Source: the human T2T-CHM13v2.0 reference genome, Homo sapiens
DNA length: 64,000 nt
Reading direction: 5' to 3' (one strand)
Assembly (NCBI RefSeq): GCF_009914755.1
Contig: NC_060927.1
Shown: positions 36,416 to 52,434 of the stretch, in pieces
How the letters are laid out: every line of letters starts with the position of its first letter
Position numbering within the stretch: the first letter of the stretch is position 1
Notes under the pieces: generated by a model
Databases searched by the model: none
The model's input: only the letters and a program-made list of their open reading frames with translations
What the model was told of the DNA's origin: nothing
Translations under genes and position numbers: made by a program

Positions 36416-36595
36416 CTTATATTTTTTCATAATTGCATTGCTTTCAAAGTTAGCTGTTTCTTCCATAAATCGGCCCACTAGTAGCATAGCTCGACCATGG
36501 ATTAACATGTTCTTACCCTCAGGTGGGGTTTCATTTTCAGGAAAACATAATTCAACACCTTTTTGAAGAACAATTAGTGCCTGGTGAACATCACC
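36416..36595 (-). CDS. ATR: ATR exon 35 (180 nt), includes Thr1989 autophosphorylation site; GC donor
   Basis: GDVHQALIVLQKGVELCFPENETPPEGKNMLIHGRAMLLVGRFMEETANFESNAIMKKYK; Thr codon ACC at 36529-36527; tttag| and |gcaagt. Confidence 0.96.
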
Positions 36596-36797
36596 CTAAA
36601 AGAAAAAAGGCAACAATAAGCCTTTTAATTTAAAAACATACTTCTATTTTCTGCAAAAGTATTAGTTCATTATGTTTTTGTACAAATCCATTTGTAATTT
36701 CATGTTTATCTTTTACTTGCCTCTTATTAAAGTAAAATTCTAAAACTGAAACATTGCTTCATCTCATTCATTCATTTACTAATTAATTTTATAACTG

Positions 36798-37597
36798 CAG
36801 TTGGCTCTCTGTAGCCACAGGTTCCACATCAATGGATTCAACCAACAGTGGATAGAAAATATTAGGAATGGCTGGGCACAGTGGCTCATCTCTGCAATTC
36901 CAGTGCTTTTGGATGCCAAGGCAGGGGGACTGCTTGGGGCCAGGAGTTTGATACTAGCCTGGGCAACATAGCAAGATCCTGTCTCTACAAAAAATTTAAA
37001 AATTACCCAGGTGTAGTGGCTCATGCCTATAATTCCAGCTACTCGGGAGGCTGAGGGGGAAGGATCGCTTGAGCCCAGGAATTCGCAGTTACAGTGAGCT
37101 ATGACACACCACTGCTCTCCAGCCTGGGTGACAGAGCAAGATCCTCTCTCTTAAAAAAAAAAAAAGAAAGCTAGGCATGATGGCTTATGCTTATAGCCTT
37201 TGATACAAAGTTCAGGGTGAGGTGGGAGGATTGCTTGAGAGCAGGAGTCCAAGGCATCAGTGAGCTATGATCATGCCACTGCACTCCAGCCTGGGCAACA
37301 GAGCAAGACTCTGTCTCTCTCAAAACATAAAAATTTAAATTAAAAAAAAAAAGAAATATTACAAAGAAAAAATTAAAAATAATATGAATAAGCAATACAA
37401 GTATAACAACTGTTTACAAAGCATTTGCACTGTATTAGGTATTATAAGTAGCCTAGAGAAGTATACAAGAGGATGTCCGCAGGTTATATGCAAATACTGT
37501 GTATGCCACTTTATATAAAGGACTTGAGTATCCACAGATTTTGTTATCCATAGAGAATCCTGGGACCAATCCCTCCATGGATATCAAGAAAGGACTA
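36798..37597 (-). mobile_element. MER2 (Tigger MITE) interrupted by Alus
   Basis: cagttggctctctg...ggattcaaccaac at one end and ggacttgagtatccacagatt...accaatccctccatggatatc at the other. Confidence 0.8.
36870..37350 (+). mobile_element. AluJ-like (36870-37169) followed by an Alu monomer (37170-37350)
   Basis: Tandem Alu motifs with A-tails inside MER2. Confidence 0.9.
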
Positions 37598-38746
37598 TAA
37601 TCAAAGTTCAGGGAATTGAAGACAATCACAAACAAATTAAAATCCCTGACATAAAAAAAGTTCATAGTCACATGAGAAAAGAAACTATGTGAAATAAAAG
37701 CATATTTGCTAAGTGTTACAACAGAGGAATATACATCAGCATTATACAGGATAGAGAAGAGAGTCCCTTAAACCTACCTGAAGAATATAGGAAAATGGAG
37801 GAGAACTACAGTCAGGAAAAGTTATCAACGAAGAAAATTTGAATTAGGTTTTCAAGAATGAGTAGAAATCTTCTTGGCAGAGAATTTAGTGAAAGGCATT
37901 CTAGGTAGATGGAATAATAATTTTAATTGGAAGAAAAGCACATAGTCTGATTTTAGCTGAAGTTTAAAGGGTTTTTGAGATGGTGATGAATGACACTGAG
38001 GAAGTAGGCCAGGACTTGATCAGAAAGGGATTTGTGTAGTTCCTAGAGTTAGGCTTAATCCTAAAGGTATGAAGAATACTTTGTAAGATTTAATCTTTTT
38101 GAAGGAGCAACATGATTCGATGTGGATTTTAGAAAGATCACAAACTGCAATAACGTATACAGGGAAATGGTGAGATCCTAAAATGGTTGTTAATATTGTT
38201 AGAGGAAGTAAATAATAAAGTCATAAGTTAAAGCAGTGGAAATAAATAAGAGGGAGAGGATTCAAGAGATATTTCTAAGGTTGAAGAACAAAGATTTAGT
38301 CTCCAGCTGGATGTGAAAAGTGAGGTTGCAGAAGGAATTTAAGATGATGTCCAGATTTCTGTTTTTGATGGAAGGATGGAATAAAGTCTTGTTCAGAGAA
38401 GTAGGAAACATGAGAGGAGAAACAGATATTGAGTATTAGGTAATAAATTGCATTTTGAACATTTTGAGTTTAAGGTATTATAATACATAGACTACCACTA
38501 GCTCAATAAAATGACCAGGTACTGACTAATGCACACTGAATAAATTGCTTTCCCCTCTCATCCAGGAAACCTCTCCTGTCCTTTCTCAGCCACCACAAGT
38601 TGGTGTAACCACAAATGGCACCAACAATAGTTGCTAAGTATCAATTCCAGAACATGCTATTATTATTAGTAATGCCTATTACTAATTCTAAACTGGTGAC
38701 TAGCCTGAGGAGAAATTTAAGTAATAGCCATTAAATCTGGGTTATT

Positions 38747-39074
<328 letters not shown>

Positions 39075-39559
39075 TCATAAACCTTGCAAGTAGTTCCAAT
39101 GTTTAAAAAACCCCCTTCTTATTACTTTGGCTTTAATCTGAGGTCTGCCGTGAACTTCTGTTCAGATGCTAGGCCCTTTCTGGCTAGATCAGAGCTGAAT
39201 ATTTACAGTAACACTGGCAAGTCTACAGAGAGCTAATTATCTGCCAGCAACTAAGTGACAGAGTTACATTCATTTAACCAACATTTACTGGGTCACTACT
39301 ATATACACCCTGTATACATACATAAGGTGAAAAATTAAGAGGTCGTTTTCCTCAAGGAAAATGTAAGATAGATGAAAACTGAAAAAACTCCACATTCAGC
39401 CTTGAAATGGGAAGGTATCTGGGGACTGTAGAGTAAAAAGAACAATTACTTCCAGGCTATGGTAGATAACTAATGAAGAAAAGTGATAGAAAAGGAAGGT
39501 TCTTAATTTGGATTAGTTATGTTCTCTCAGTTGGCCTTTTAAGGAAGTACATAATTCCC

Positions 39560-39562
<3 letters not shown>

Positions 39563-39620
<58 letters not shown>
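39563..39620. repeat. (TA)29 microsatellite
   Basis: Uninterrupted TA run. Confidence 0.97.
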
Positions 39621-39625
<5 letters not shown>

Positions 39626-39644
39626 ACATTTCCCTGGCCATTAC

Positions 39645-39804
39645 CTTGGACCAGAGCCACTTTGCCCTTTCCACGTACAGTTCAGCGAGTCGTGATTCCC
39701 CTGCATTAAGGAGAGCATTGTAGGCTGTCTGGTGGTGACCAGCCTTTCTAGCTACCCTGGCACTCTGCAGCCAGCATTCTCCAACCATTTCATTGTAATC
39801 TGGT
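39645..39804 (-). CDS. ATR: ATR exon 34 (160 nt)
   Basis: PDYNEMVGECWLQSARVARKAGHHQTAYNALLNAGESRLAELYVERAKWLWSK; tttag| and |gtaatg. Confidence 0.97.
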
Positions 39805-40296
39805 CTAAAGGAAGTAACAACACATTGGTGAGAGAGACCATTGGTAAGTGTACACAACAACTTAACTTAAAACAATTTAAATCTAGGTCATAAACTTTGC
39901 AAGTAGTTCCAATGTTTTGAAAGCCTCTGTTCCCAATACAGAACCTTCTTCATATACTATTTCAAAGGAATTAATTATTAATTTGTTTAAAAAGCCTTGA
40001 CTTAACTTTTCTTACAGTGTTCTGTTTTACCTATTATGAACCTTATTCTTGATTTTTATCAGTAAAAAACATATCCCCCAGATATGTTTTTAACATCTTA
40101 AAAAAGAGAAAGAAATGGTGTCTAAAAGTGATTCTTAAGTTCTAGGTTCCTTTCAACCAGATAGTGTAGCCCTGATCATTAAAAATAGAAAAATGTAGAT
40201 TCAGACAGAAAATTAAGAAATACAAACACCCCCAAATAATATCCAAATACCAAATTCAAGATAAGTGACATTTTTAAAAAAAGTAGTGTGAGAAAC

Positions 40297-40476
40297 CTTT
40301 TGTTGAGGCTTAGTAAAGCCCTCCGGAGAGCCAGGATAGGCTCCTTGGCTCTGTAGGAATTCTGGGTCATTTCTAGTCGAGCTACCCAGTTTAGAGAATC
40401 TTCTTGAGAACTGTCACCTGGAGAATGCTGGAAAAGTGGTTTGATGCTATGCTCCAACTCACATAACATGTGCAAT
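40297..40476 (-). CDS. ATR: ATR exon 33 (180 nt)
   Basis: LHMLCELEHSIKPLFQHSPGDSSQEDSLNWVARLEMTQNSYRAKEPILALRRALLSLNK; ttcag| and |gtttct. Confidence 0.97.
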
Positions 40477-40693
40477 CTGAAGATAGATAGAGCCTATGTT
40501 AAAATGTTATCATATTCAGCCTTATTAATCTCATATATAAAGCAAGTACTTTAAATCAGAAATAAAGAATTTAAAATACACAGTTGTCTTTGGTAGAACT
40601 TTAATATATCCTTGCTAAGTAAATAATTACATTTATATCTTTTCAAACTGAATGTAAACACCAATTTATGCTGGTTTATACATTTGGTGCTTT

Positions 40694-40887
40694 AGCCAGG
40701 CATGGTAGCGTGCACCTGTACTCCAGCTACTCAGGAGACTGAGGCAGGTGGATCACTTGAACTCAGGAGTTCAAGGTTGCAGTGAGCTATGATTATGCCT
40801 GTGAATAGCCACTGCACTCCAGCTCAGGTGACATAGCAAGACCCCGTCCCTTAAAATAATAAATAAATAAATAAATAAATAAATAAA
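40694..40887 (+). mobile_element. FAM/monomeric Alu
   Basis: Contains 7SL-like gcctgtgaatagccactgcactcc; (AAAT)n tail. Confidence 0.8.
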
Positions 40888-41880
40888 ATTAATTACATTA
40901 AACTTTTAAAATAAATATTTAGGGATTTGCAGTGAATCCCAAATTCCTAATTAAACTGGAGAATGATGGATAAAACTAAATTCAAATGTATGAAACCAAA
41001 ATTTACCACCTAAATGAAGATAAAAGAAAATATGGATCCATTATAAACCAACATGAGGTATTTGCATATATTGCTGGTGCTACTATAAGAGGGCCTGGCA
41101 TAGCAGATGATAGTAAAAAATTATGAAATTAATGTAGTTTTTTTCTAAGAGTGATGGAAACTTTGATACATTCACACTAGCTTTTTCCCCCTTGTATGAT
41201 AGTCAGTGTCTATGATTCAGTGTTCAAGGTACAAGGATATAGCTGAGTAGCTACAGAACAGAATTAAACTCAGTGGTCCAATCTCTAGTTTCATTAAGAT
41301 ATCACCAAACGGGTTGATACTAAATATAATGAATTCTTCTAACTTAAAAAAACAGTGCTATGTAGTAAATTTCTTATACCTTAATTACAATATTTAGTTT
41401 ATCATTTTTCCTCAGGTAGAATTCATAGACCTAAAATGTTTTCCAACATTTTCTTCTTCACCTATAAAAGTTAATATTCTTTCTAGTAATGTGATGCCTA
41501 TATTTTTGGGGGGAAATATCAAACACATTTCTAAATGAAAAGGAAAGGGAAACAACAAATACCAAGCACCAATGTGCCAGGTGCTATAGATGTCTATATT
41601 ATATTTGGTTATATAGAAAGCAAACTATGACATTACAAGAGGACAAACATAAGATATTTTTATTATGTTTTTCATTAGTCTCATAGTTGCCTTTCCTTAA
41701 AAGGATGTATGTTAGAATTTTAACTGTAGGGTGATTGTGAGGTAAAAAGAATGAAAGAGCTGTCTAGTGTAGCTATGCATGAAACCAAACTCACTATCAA
41801 TTATTTACTCAAAAAAATTTTCCAATCCTGTCAGGTGACATTTATAGGCCAGAAATATAAAAATGGAAATTCCAAAATAC

Positions 41881-42058
41881 CTCACAATATATTCATATCC
41901 TCGTTGGTAGGAGCCTCTTTCAAAGCTTGCAGCTGAAAGAGGTACAATTTGTTCTGCTCTCACTAGTTTCAGTGAGTCATAAAAAGCTGTGATATCTCTT
42001 TTTTTGGCTGATAATAATAGCTGTCCCAGTCTGACACTCCATGTTGTAGATTTTCCAT
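41881..42058 (-). CDS. ATR: ATR exon 32 (178 nt)
   Basis: GKSTTWSVRLGQLLLSAKKRDITAFYDSLKLVRAEQIVPLSAASFERGSYQRGYEYIV; ttcag| and |gtattt. Confidence 0.96.
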
Positions 42059-42169
42059 CTGAAAAACAAATGAAGAGTCAAGAAATGTCACGGTAGCTGG
42101 GTCCAAGAGTCAGCTTTATTTCATTAGATAAAATGGTCAGCTGAAATATCAAACAGGTGGCTTCATTCC

Positions 42170-42464
42170 TTTTTTTTTTTTTGAGACAGAGTCTCACTCT
42201 GTGGTCCAGGATAGAGGGCTATGGCATGATTATAGCTCACTGCAGCCTTGAACTTCTGGGCTCCAGTGATCCTCCCACCTCAGTCTCCTGAGTAGGTGAA
42301 CAGGCATGAGCCACCATGCCCAGCTAAGTTTTTTAAAAAACATTTTTGCAGAGACAGTCTCAGTATTTTGCCCAGACTGGTCTAGAGCTCTTGGCTTCAA
42401 GCAATCCTCCCACCTTGGCCTCCCAAAACACTGAGATTACAGGTGTGAGCCACCATGCCCAGCC
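42170..42464 (-). mobile_element. AluJ-like
   Basis: Dimer; flanks tggcttcattc / tggtttcattc. Confidence 0.9.
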
Positions 42465-42530
42465 TGGTTTCATTCTACTTTGAACAACTAAACAAGGCAA
42501 TCATAAAACAGGCTAAGATATTAAGTATGA

Positions 42531-42877
<347 letters not shown>

Positions 42878-42910
42878 TAAAACTGCTTATATTTTAAGAA
42901 GTAATTTTAC

Positions 42911-43002
42911 CTGCTGCCAAATAGTTTTCCACCAAATCCCACTGTGACAATTTCCAAGCTGCTTCCACTCTGTACGTGTTTAATTCATCTGTCCACTCGG
43001 AC
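42911..43002 (-). CDS. ATR: ATR exon 31 (92 nt)
   Basis: SEWTDELNTYRVEAAWKLSQWDLVENYLAA; aatag| and |gtaaaa. Confidence 0.96.
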
Positions 43003-44822
43003 CTATTAAAAGAAACCCATATCAACTAAACTTTAATTTATTTAAGGTGACATTCAGAGATTTTTCATTGGTTTACATACTCTATTTATTATATTTATTG
43101 AATTTGCATTATATTGTATTTTGTTCTTAGATATAAAATAATTATCTCTATCCAGAAACTATCCAGAAAATTTTAATCTTTCCATCCTTCAAAAATATTT
43201 TTTCACTAATTACTTCTGATACACCATTTAAAATGACATTCTTCAACAAATTAAAGTGTGCCATATATTAGAGCAGAGTTAATTCCTGAATAATAACTAA
43301 GCCCATTGTAAAAATAGCTGCATGCTTAATTTGAACAAAGAGCAAGGAAGAAAAAGAGCCAACTGAACACACATAAATTCAGAGGTAAGCAATTCCAATA
43401 ACTCAGAATTCTGAATTAAATTTAAGACAAAAATACAGGGGGGCCAGTGGTATAACTTACGGACAGTTGGGAGGTATCTAGAACAATACCAAGAGCAAAA
43501 GAAAGTTACAATGATTTGTCAATGGCATAACAAAGTATATAAAACTAGCTACGTAAAATATATACCTATTTTTAAACTACTTTCAGTTAGTTTAAAATTT
43601 GAGTTTGCAAAACCAGTATGATATAGGCTAATTATTTTGTTCTAAGCATTCTACTTAGGTGACATTAGGATGACCAGTGATATTTGAGATCATGACTACA
43701 CAGAAACCGCTAGGCTTTCCTCATGTTTCTTTTTTATTAATCATACTTTCTGAATTTCTGCCATATGTTTAGATCCTAGGCTAGGTACAATTTTCCATTT
43801 AATAATCTAATAACACTGCATACAGCACATATATATCCATATTATAAATAAAGTAACAGAGAGGCTGGAATCAATATCCTCAAAAGTTTTCCTTGCTCTT
43901 TTTATTGTAGTAAAAACACATAAAGAAAAGACAACAAGTGATCTAACAAGTTTCATTTTTAAAAATTCTAAAAATAGAAGCTAGAGGATTCCAATTTCTA
44001 AATTTATGACCACCACCAAAAACAGTTTAGAATAAGGCTAAAGAAATACAACTGAAATGTAATTTTCAAAAGTCCAATTTTGAAGGACTTTACAAGCTTA
44101 CCATCAGACACCAAAATATAAAAATTTCAGGATAAAAATCTCAGTAGAATTAGGCAGTATTTGTTATCCAACTGTGGGATAACAGATTATCTATGGGATA
44201 TCAGATAACAAAGGGGATGTGTCACACGAAGACTTATAGCAAAAAGTACAAATGGCAATCAGGATCAGGCTGTGAGAATGTATCCACATAAATGGGTACA
44301 TTAAAAAGAATGATAAATAGGGCAGGCACAGTCAATATTTTAGGAAAAATATTTGTTTAATGCAAACAGAAATTACCCCAAGAAAAACATGCCCCATCCA
44401 TAATCATTTGCTTCACCATGACACAGCACCCCTTCATTGAATATTGACGCATGCCTTTTTCACAACCCAAATCAGGAGGCTCTATGTATCCCAGACCCAA
44501 AGAGAAGAAAAGAGGAGTCTGAATGTGTAGTCTATGTCAAAAAGAAATTTGACACCCCAATTTGAGCCATGACTCTCCCAAATCCCTGTAATCTATTTAT
44601 TCATAAAGTCTCTCAACTAATCTGGAGAAACATATCCACAACATATAAGCATTCCTTCTTTACTTCTGTAAAACTTCCCTTGTGATTTCATAAATTCCAC
44701 TACTGTGATACCATCTGACCAACAGTGAACTTCTCTGCCCTTAGACATTGTAAAATGATAGTCTTTATGAATCACAGTTTTGGAACCTATACAAACAGTA
44801 CTTAGAAAAGGCTGGCTTCAGA

Positions 44823-45920
<1,098 letters not shown>

Positions 45921-46645
45921 AAAGAAAAACTTGGCTTCAGAGTAGTCCAAAAACAGTGGCCTGTATAATCTTTGTTTAACTGAGATCCCATTCCCTTTTG
46001 ACCAGATTTTACTGCCCAGAATAGCCATTTAGAGTCTGGTGAATAAATCAAGGAATACAGCTGTCAGCTCTCACAGCAAAGCAGCTTCAAGAGCAGTGCT
46101 AATCTCCACATTTAATCTCCAAACTGGAAGAACTACTCAGCCTTAATGTTTTGCCACATACATGTATTATTTTTTGTTTAATTTGATTTTCTACAATAAA
46201 CCCACCTTCTTTAGGAAAGGAAGGCTGCTTTCACATTCATCAATCATTTAGGGTAAAATCAATGCACACAGTCTACAGTGGTATTCCGTAAATCAGTCAC
46301 AACCTCTAGCACGGAAAATAAGTGGTACTGATACTGTAAGCAGAGCATAGATGCCCTTTGAGGCCCAGGAAGTCCCATCTGAGCCTCACCAATAGCCGGT
46401 GGGTTCTAGAAGTTCCTTGTGTTAAAGCAAATCTAATTCAAGGATGGCTCTTTAGACAGAAGCTGTTAAGTGGTAGACTGACTATGAAAAACTTGAGGAA
46501 AAAAAAATGTTGGTGCTTATCTCCAATACCATGAAAACACATAAAACATTTATTACTCTACTAAACATTAAATTACCCAATTCACTAACTAAAAATTCTC
46601 CATTCAGATGCAATAACAAAAGAAAATCATTTTATAAAATATTAC

Positions 46646-46737
46646 CTGTTAGCATGCACTCCATTCACCTGAGTGATAACAGTAGACAGCTGACCAAGAC
46701 CTAACATGGACTTTACTACACCATGATAATGAATGAT
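46646..46737 (-). CDS. ATR: ATR exon 30 (92 nt)
   Basis: IIHYHGVVKSMLGLGQLSTVITQVNGVHAN; tctag| and |gtaata. Confidence 0.96.
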
Positions 46738-46848
46738 CTAGAAATTTAAAAATATTTAAAATAGCAATTATCACTTCAATAATAGCTTGGGGACCAAAAA
46801 CAGTTTAACTGATATTCTTTAAAAATTACTATTTACCTTATTGCCCTT

Positions 46849-47010
<162 letters not shown>

Positions 47011-47751
47011 TAATTTAACAATTGATTTGCTTACTTACATGGCAGGACCCCCATCAATGTCCTAACACATTTAAAGTAACATAAATAAATGTAGACAACA
47101 TAGAAAATCTCAGATTGAAGTTATTATATTTTTCAATTTGGACTACTTTTTGGTTCACATCCAATATAAAAAGTATCTAATATCTTTGATATTCTGTTTA
47201 AAGATTGTCATATTTCTCACATAAACATTCAAGCTCAAAGGTCCTGATGTTTTAAATATGGATTTCGGGCTTTAGCACTAAAAAGTTAAAGAGGATTATG
47301 TACTATCCTTTAAAATGAAAAGAAGATTGTGAAAAATAAAGAATTTATATATTGTGCTTCTGAGAAACATGTCAAATATGACAAAAAGCAATATCCCAAA
47401 ATTAGAAAGAATCTAAAGGCAAGATTGTAAATTAATGATTCTAAACCCCTTTCCCATTCCAATAGACACACAGCTTATTCCCATTACTAACTGTAACTCT
47501 GTGATTCTACAGGACCATTTTAGAGACGTGCAGGTGGGTGAGTAGGTGTATAAAATATGAAAATGTTTCTCAGGCTATGGAGAATCCCTAGTTCTACAAA
47601 CTGATCCATGGCTTACACTTTTAATAGCAAACTAAAATTATATACATTTTAGAGTTATTAAATGAACATTTTAATACAGATATACTCCATAATAAATCTT
47701 ATTCATTTAGGGGATTTCTAAAGTCATATAAATATAGTATTGGAAGGGACC

Positions 47752-48047
<296 letters not shown>

Positions 48048-48122
48048 TGGAAGGAATTTTTAAAATCATCTAGTAAAGTCTCTAATTTTATCTGTTAGGA
48101 AACTCAAGCTTAGAGAGGGTTA

Positions 48123-48378
<256 letters not shown>

Positions 48379-48422
48379 TCAGGGCTATTTTCATTACAGT
48401 TGCCTTTCAATTATTATCTTAC

Positions 48423-48587
48423 CTGGTCTGGTTCTAGCTGAATAGCCCTGTCATAACAAGCAGTGGCATCCCTCAGCAAGCCAAGGCTTTCATGTTCAAG
48501 GATCTGTTCTTTTAGAGATGGTTCTGCCTTTCTAATTGCACTGACTCCGGCCACTCCATCAGGTTCATGCATAGCAGCATACAATTT
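48423..48587 (-). CDS. ATR: ATR exon 29 (165 nt)
   Basis: KLYAAMHEPDGVAGVSAIRKAEPSLKEQILEHESLGLLRDATACYDRAIQLEPDQ; caaag| and |gtaaga. Confidence 0.96.
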
Positions 48588-49619
48588 CTTTGTTCAATGA
48601 TTAAAAAACAATCAAAAACAAGAAAAAAACACAACTGGAAATAAAACTATAAAACCACCTGTTTATATTGAAACAGCAATTTTTTGAGAAATTTTTCCTC
48701 AAAGTAATAGTAAGCATTTGTTTCATGGCAAAGTCACAGTAAAATTATAAACTTATTTCCAGGCATTCTATTCCCTCAACATTCTTACTCCTTTTAAATA
48801 CAAATCTATATCAATAGCTGTTATTGATCATAAGGTTTATAAAGAACCTCAGGATCCTAAAACTGTCTAGATCCAAATGATAACATATTCTGTTGAGTAT
48901 AGCTTATAAGAGTTTTATTGAATTTTTAAATTTTTAAAAATGTAAATAACCATTTTAATATATTGTTATTGAGATGACTTCAAGAAAACCAAGACAGCAA
49001 TCTGGGCTCAAAGGAGATATTCAAGCTAAAGATAAAAATTTAGGAATCAGTTAGCACAAAGACAGTCTCTCACAACATGAGAAAGAATGGGATGATCTAG
49101 GAAATGGATAAAGAAGAAAAGCAGACTGACGATAGAGATTAGAGTTTCTACATTTATCAAGAAGGAAGAGCTGGCAAATGAAACAGGAGAAGTGAGATAA
49201 CTTGGAAGAAAACTGGAGAATAAAATATCCCAGAAGCCATGGGAGAAAAGCAAATGATGTCTTAATGAGAAAGGCATGGTCAATGATACTGAGGTTAAGA
49301 AAATGAGGGCTGGGAAAAATTTACTGGATTTGGTAACATGTGGCCACCAATTTTCTTAGCAAGAATAGTGTCAACAGAAAAGAAAAAGAGAAGTCTTGTT
49401 GAAATGGGCAGAGTGAATGAGAAACAAAGAAGTGACTGCAGTATAAAGAAACTAGACAATTCCTTCAAAAACTGGTTGTGAAGTTCCGGAAACAGAGAGA
49501 TGGGATGTATCTAAAGGAGAAGGTAGGATTTACCAGAGCATGTCTATATGCTCCATATACTCTGGTTCCCAAAGAGAAATTAATTACACTAGAGAAAGAA
49601 GGAATATATGAAGAAGTTA

Positions 49620-49990
<371 letters not shown>

Positions 49991-51214
49991 ATAACAGAAG
50001 GGAAGAAAAAGAATATGGTGCAGATGCTGTTTCATTTGCAGATTTTTCCTAATGAATCATGAAGCAAGATTGTCAGCTGGAAGCAGGGAAACAAAGTGAA
50101 GGTAAGAGACAGTCATCTTGACAAAGGGGAAAGTAGCCTTACTAGAGAAACACAGCCAGCCTGAAGGTAATGTTAGAGTCCTGCAGTTTTAAAGATGTTT
50201 GAGATCATGAACTTAAACTGAAACCAGTTATAACACCCACTGTGTAATTTTTCTCCAGCTGCTTACATGGTTGGAGTTTGACAAACGGAGTACAACACAG
50301 TGGGAAAAAGACAAGAAGTTGAGCATCACTCTAAGGGAACGATTTTAACCATGAACCATAGACTTAAAGCTGGACAAGGAGGAACACAAAGATAGGAAGG
50401 GGCTAATATTCATCTTAAGACTGCAAGTTACTAATTTTCTAGTTATTTTATCACACTTTGCTTTTTGATTTGAAAAGCCCACCAATCTTGAGCTCTTATT
50501 TAATTCCACTGTATTCGCCTCACCTGCTCTTACTTTCTTTTCTTCCCTACACAATCATAACATCGCCTAAATCATTATTTCACCAGCATTTTCATGCTTG
50601 ATACCTGACATAACCGGCACTTGCCCCCACTAACTCACTCCCAAATTCAGGACCACAACTCTCACAAGGAGAAGAGTAATTCCTTGAATCATAGCCCTTC
50701 CAAACTCCTCCTCCACAACTGCCACAGGCATTTAGCTAAAATTCCATTGTGACCATAACACTTCCCTAGTTCGCACCCTCCAAGAAGTTTGGGCAACTTA
50801 AAAAGTCTTCTATTATTTGTGATCTTTCCTCTACCATTCCAAAACCGACACTTTACTCTTTGGCATATACCATGCTCTTTTCAAACACTCCACAGAGATG
50901 CCTCTGATTATAATGTCTTGCCTCCCTATACTGCTCATTTTTTAAGACACCATCTCCAAGAAGCCATTCCTGACCTCTGGCTCATCCGCTTCCATCTCCC
51001 ACCCTATTCCACATGGATGAGTTAAGTGTCCTTCCTCAGGGTACATGTGTGTTACTGTACTTAAAATATTATACCAAATTGATGTTTATCTCTCCCCACT
51101 AATCTATAAGCTTCTAAGCATAGCATATAAAACATTCAATAAAATGAACAACATAAACATAAAAGACTGGCCACATTAATTTTCATTATTAAATTCACTA
51201 TATTAACTTCAGAC

Positions 51215-51393
51215 CTGTAAAAATCCAAGATGTTCCTGAATATTTTGCTTCTTTTCTGTAATAAATGATTCAAAGTGCATTACAGCTCGTGTGTATGCTT
51301 TGGAGCGAAAGGAAGCTACTGCCAGAGTATCCTGGGGTATGAGGTCTAGAAAACGGGTTACACTCTGATAGTCTTCATAATCCACAGTAGATA
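51215..51393 (-). CDS. ATR: ATR exon 28 (179 nt), FAT domain start
   Basis: STVDYEDYQSVTRFLDLIPQDTLAVASFRSKAYTRAVMHFESFITEKKQNIQEHLGFLQ; tctag| and |gtctga. Confidence 0.96.
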
Positions 51394-51925
51394 CTAGATC
51401 ATAAAAAAAGTTGAGTAATTAAAGACTTATAAGATAAAATTTAAAAGTGTCAATTTAAGTATTTAAGTTCAATTTATTTCACTAAACAAATTAATCTGAA
51501 TATATTAGGATATCATATTTAGAATGTAACTAACAACAGAACAATTGTTCAGAGAGTCTTGCTCCAACTCTGCCATTATAACTTACCTTTCTTTGGACAG
51601 TCATTTAATTTACTGAGCCTCTATTTCTTTACCTATAAAAGGAAAATGTTAGTACCTGTCTTGCCTTCCTTACAACGTTGTTGGTGAGGATTAAATATCA
51701 ATCTATTATTAAATTTTGAAAAGATATAATGATGATACAAAAGATACAAGATTAGTCATTATTTTTGATGACTATAAAAAATGATTAAATGTAGCTATTT
51801 TGTAGGGAAACTTCAAAACTATGGAAATAATCTTTTTTAAAGTTTAGAATTCATTGTTATCCACCTATTTTTTCTTGGTTGCCAAAAATACAGTATCACC
51901 TATTACAATAGAAATTGAAAGTAAT

Positions 51926-52251
<326 letters not shown>

Positions 52252-52434
52252 TCAAAGTAAAACCACAAGTACTTTAGGATAATTTTTCAAGAGTGTACAA
52301 AAAGACAAAAATTAAAAACTTCTAAATGAGGACAGTCTAGTTTATGAATTATTTAAAACTTCTAAATTTTAATGATTCATAAGTGTGTAGAAAACAGGCA
52401 ACAAATTTCTTCAAAATTTAAATAAGGCAGTATA

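Noticed and set aside
39473-39860. ORFs containing YIYIYI runs
   Set aside because: Artefact of reading through (TA)29. Only 39645-39804 is real coding sequence.
39805-39930. Cryptic acceptor giving partial intron 33 retention
   Set aside because: AGs exist at -120 and -122 but have a poor pyrimidine tract, and I could not match them to a specific isoform.
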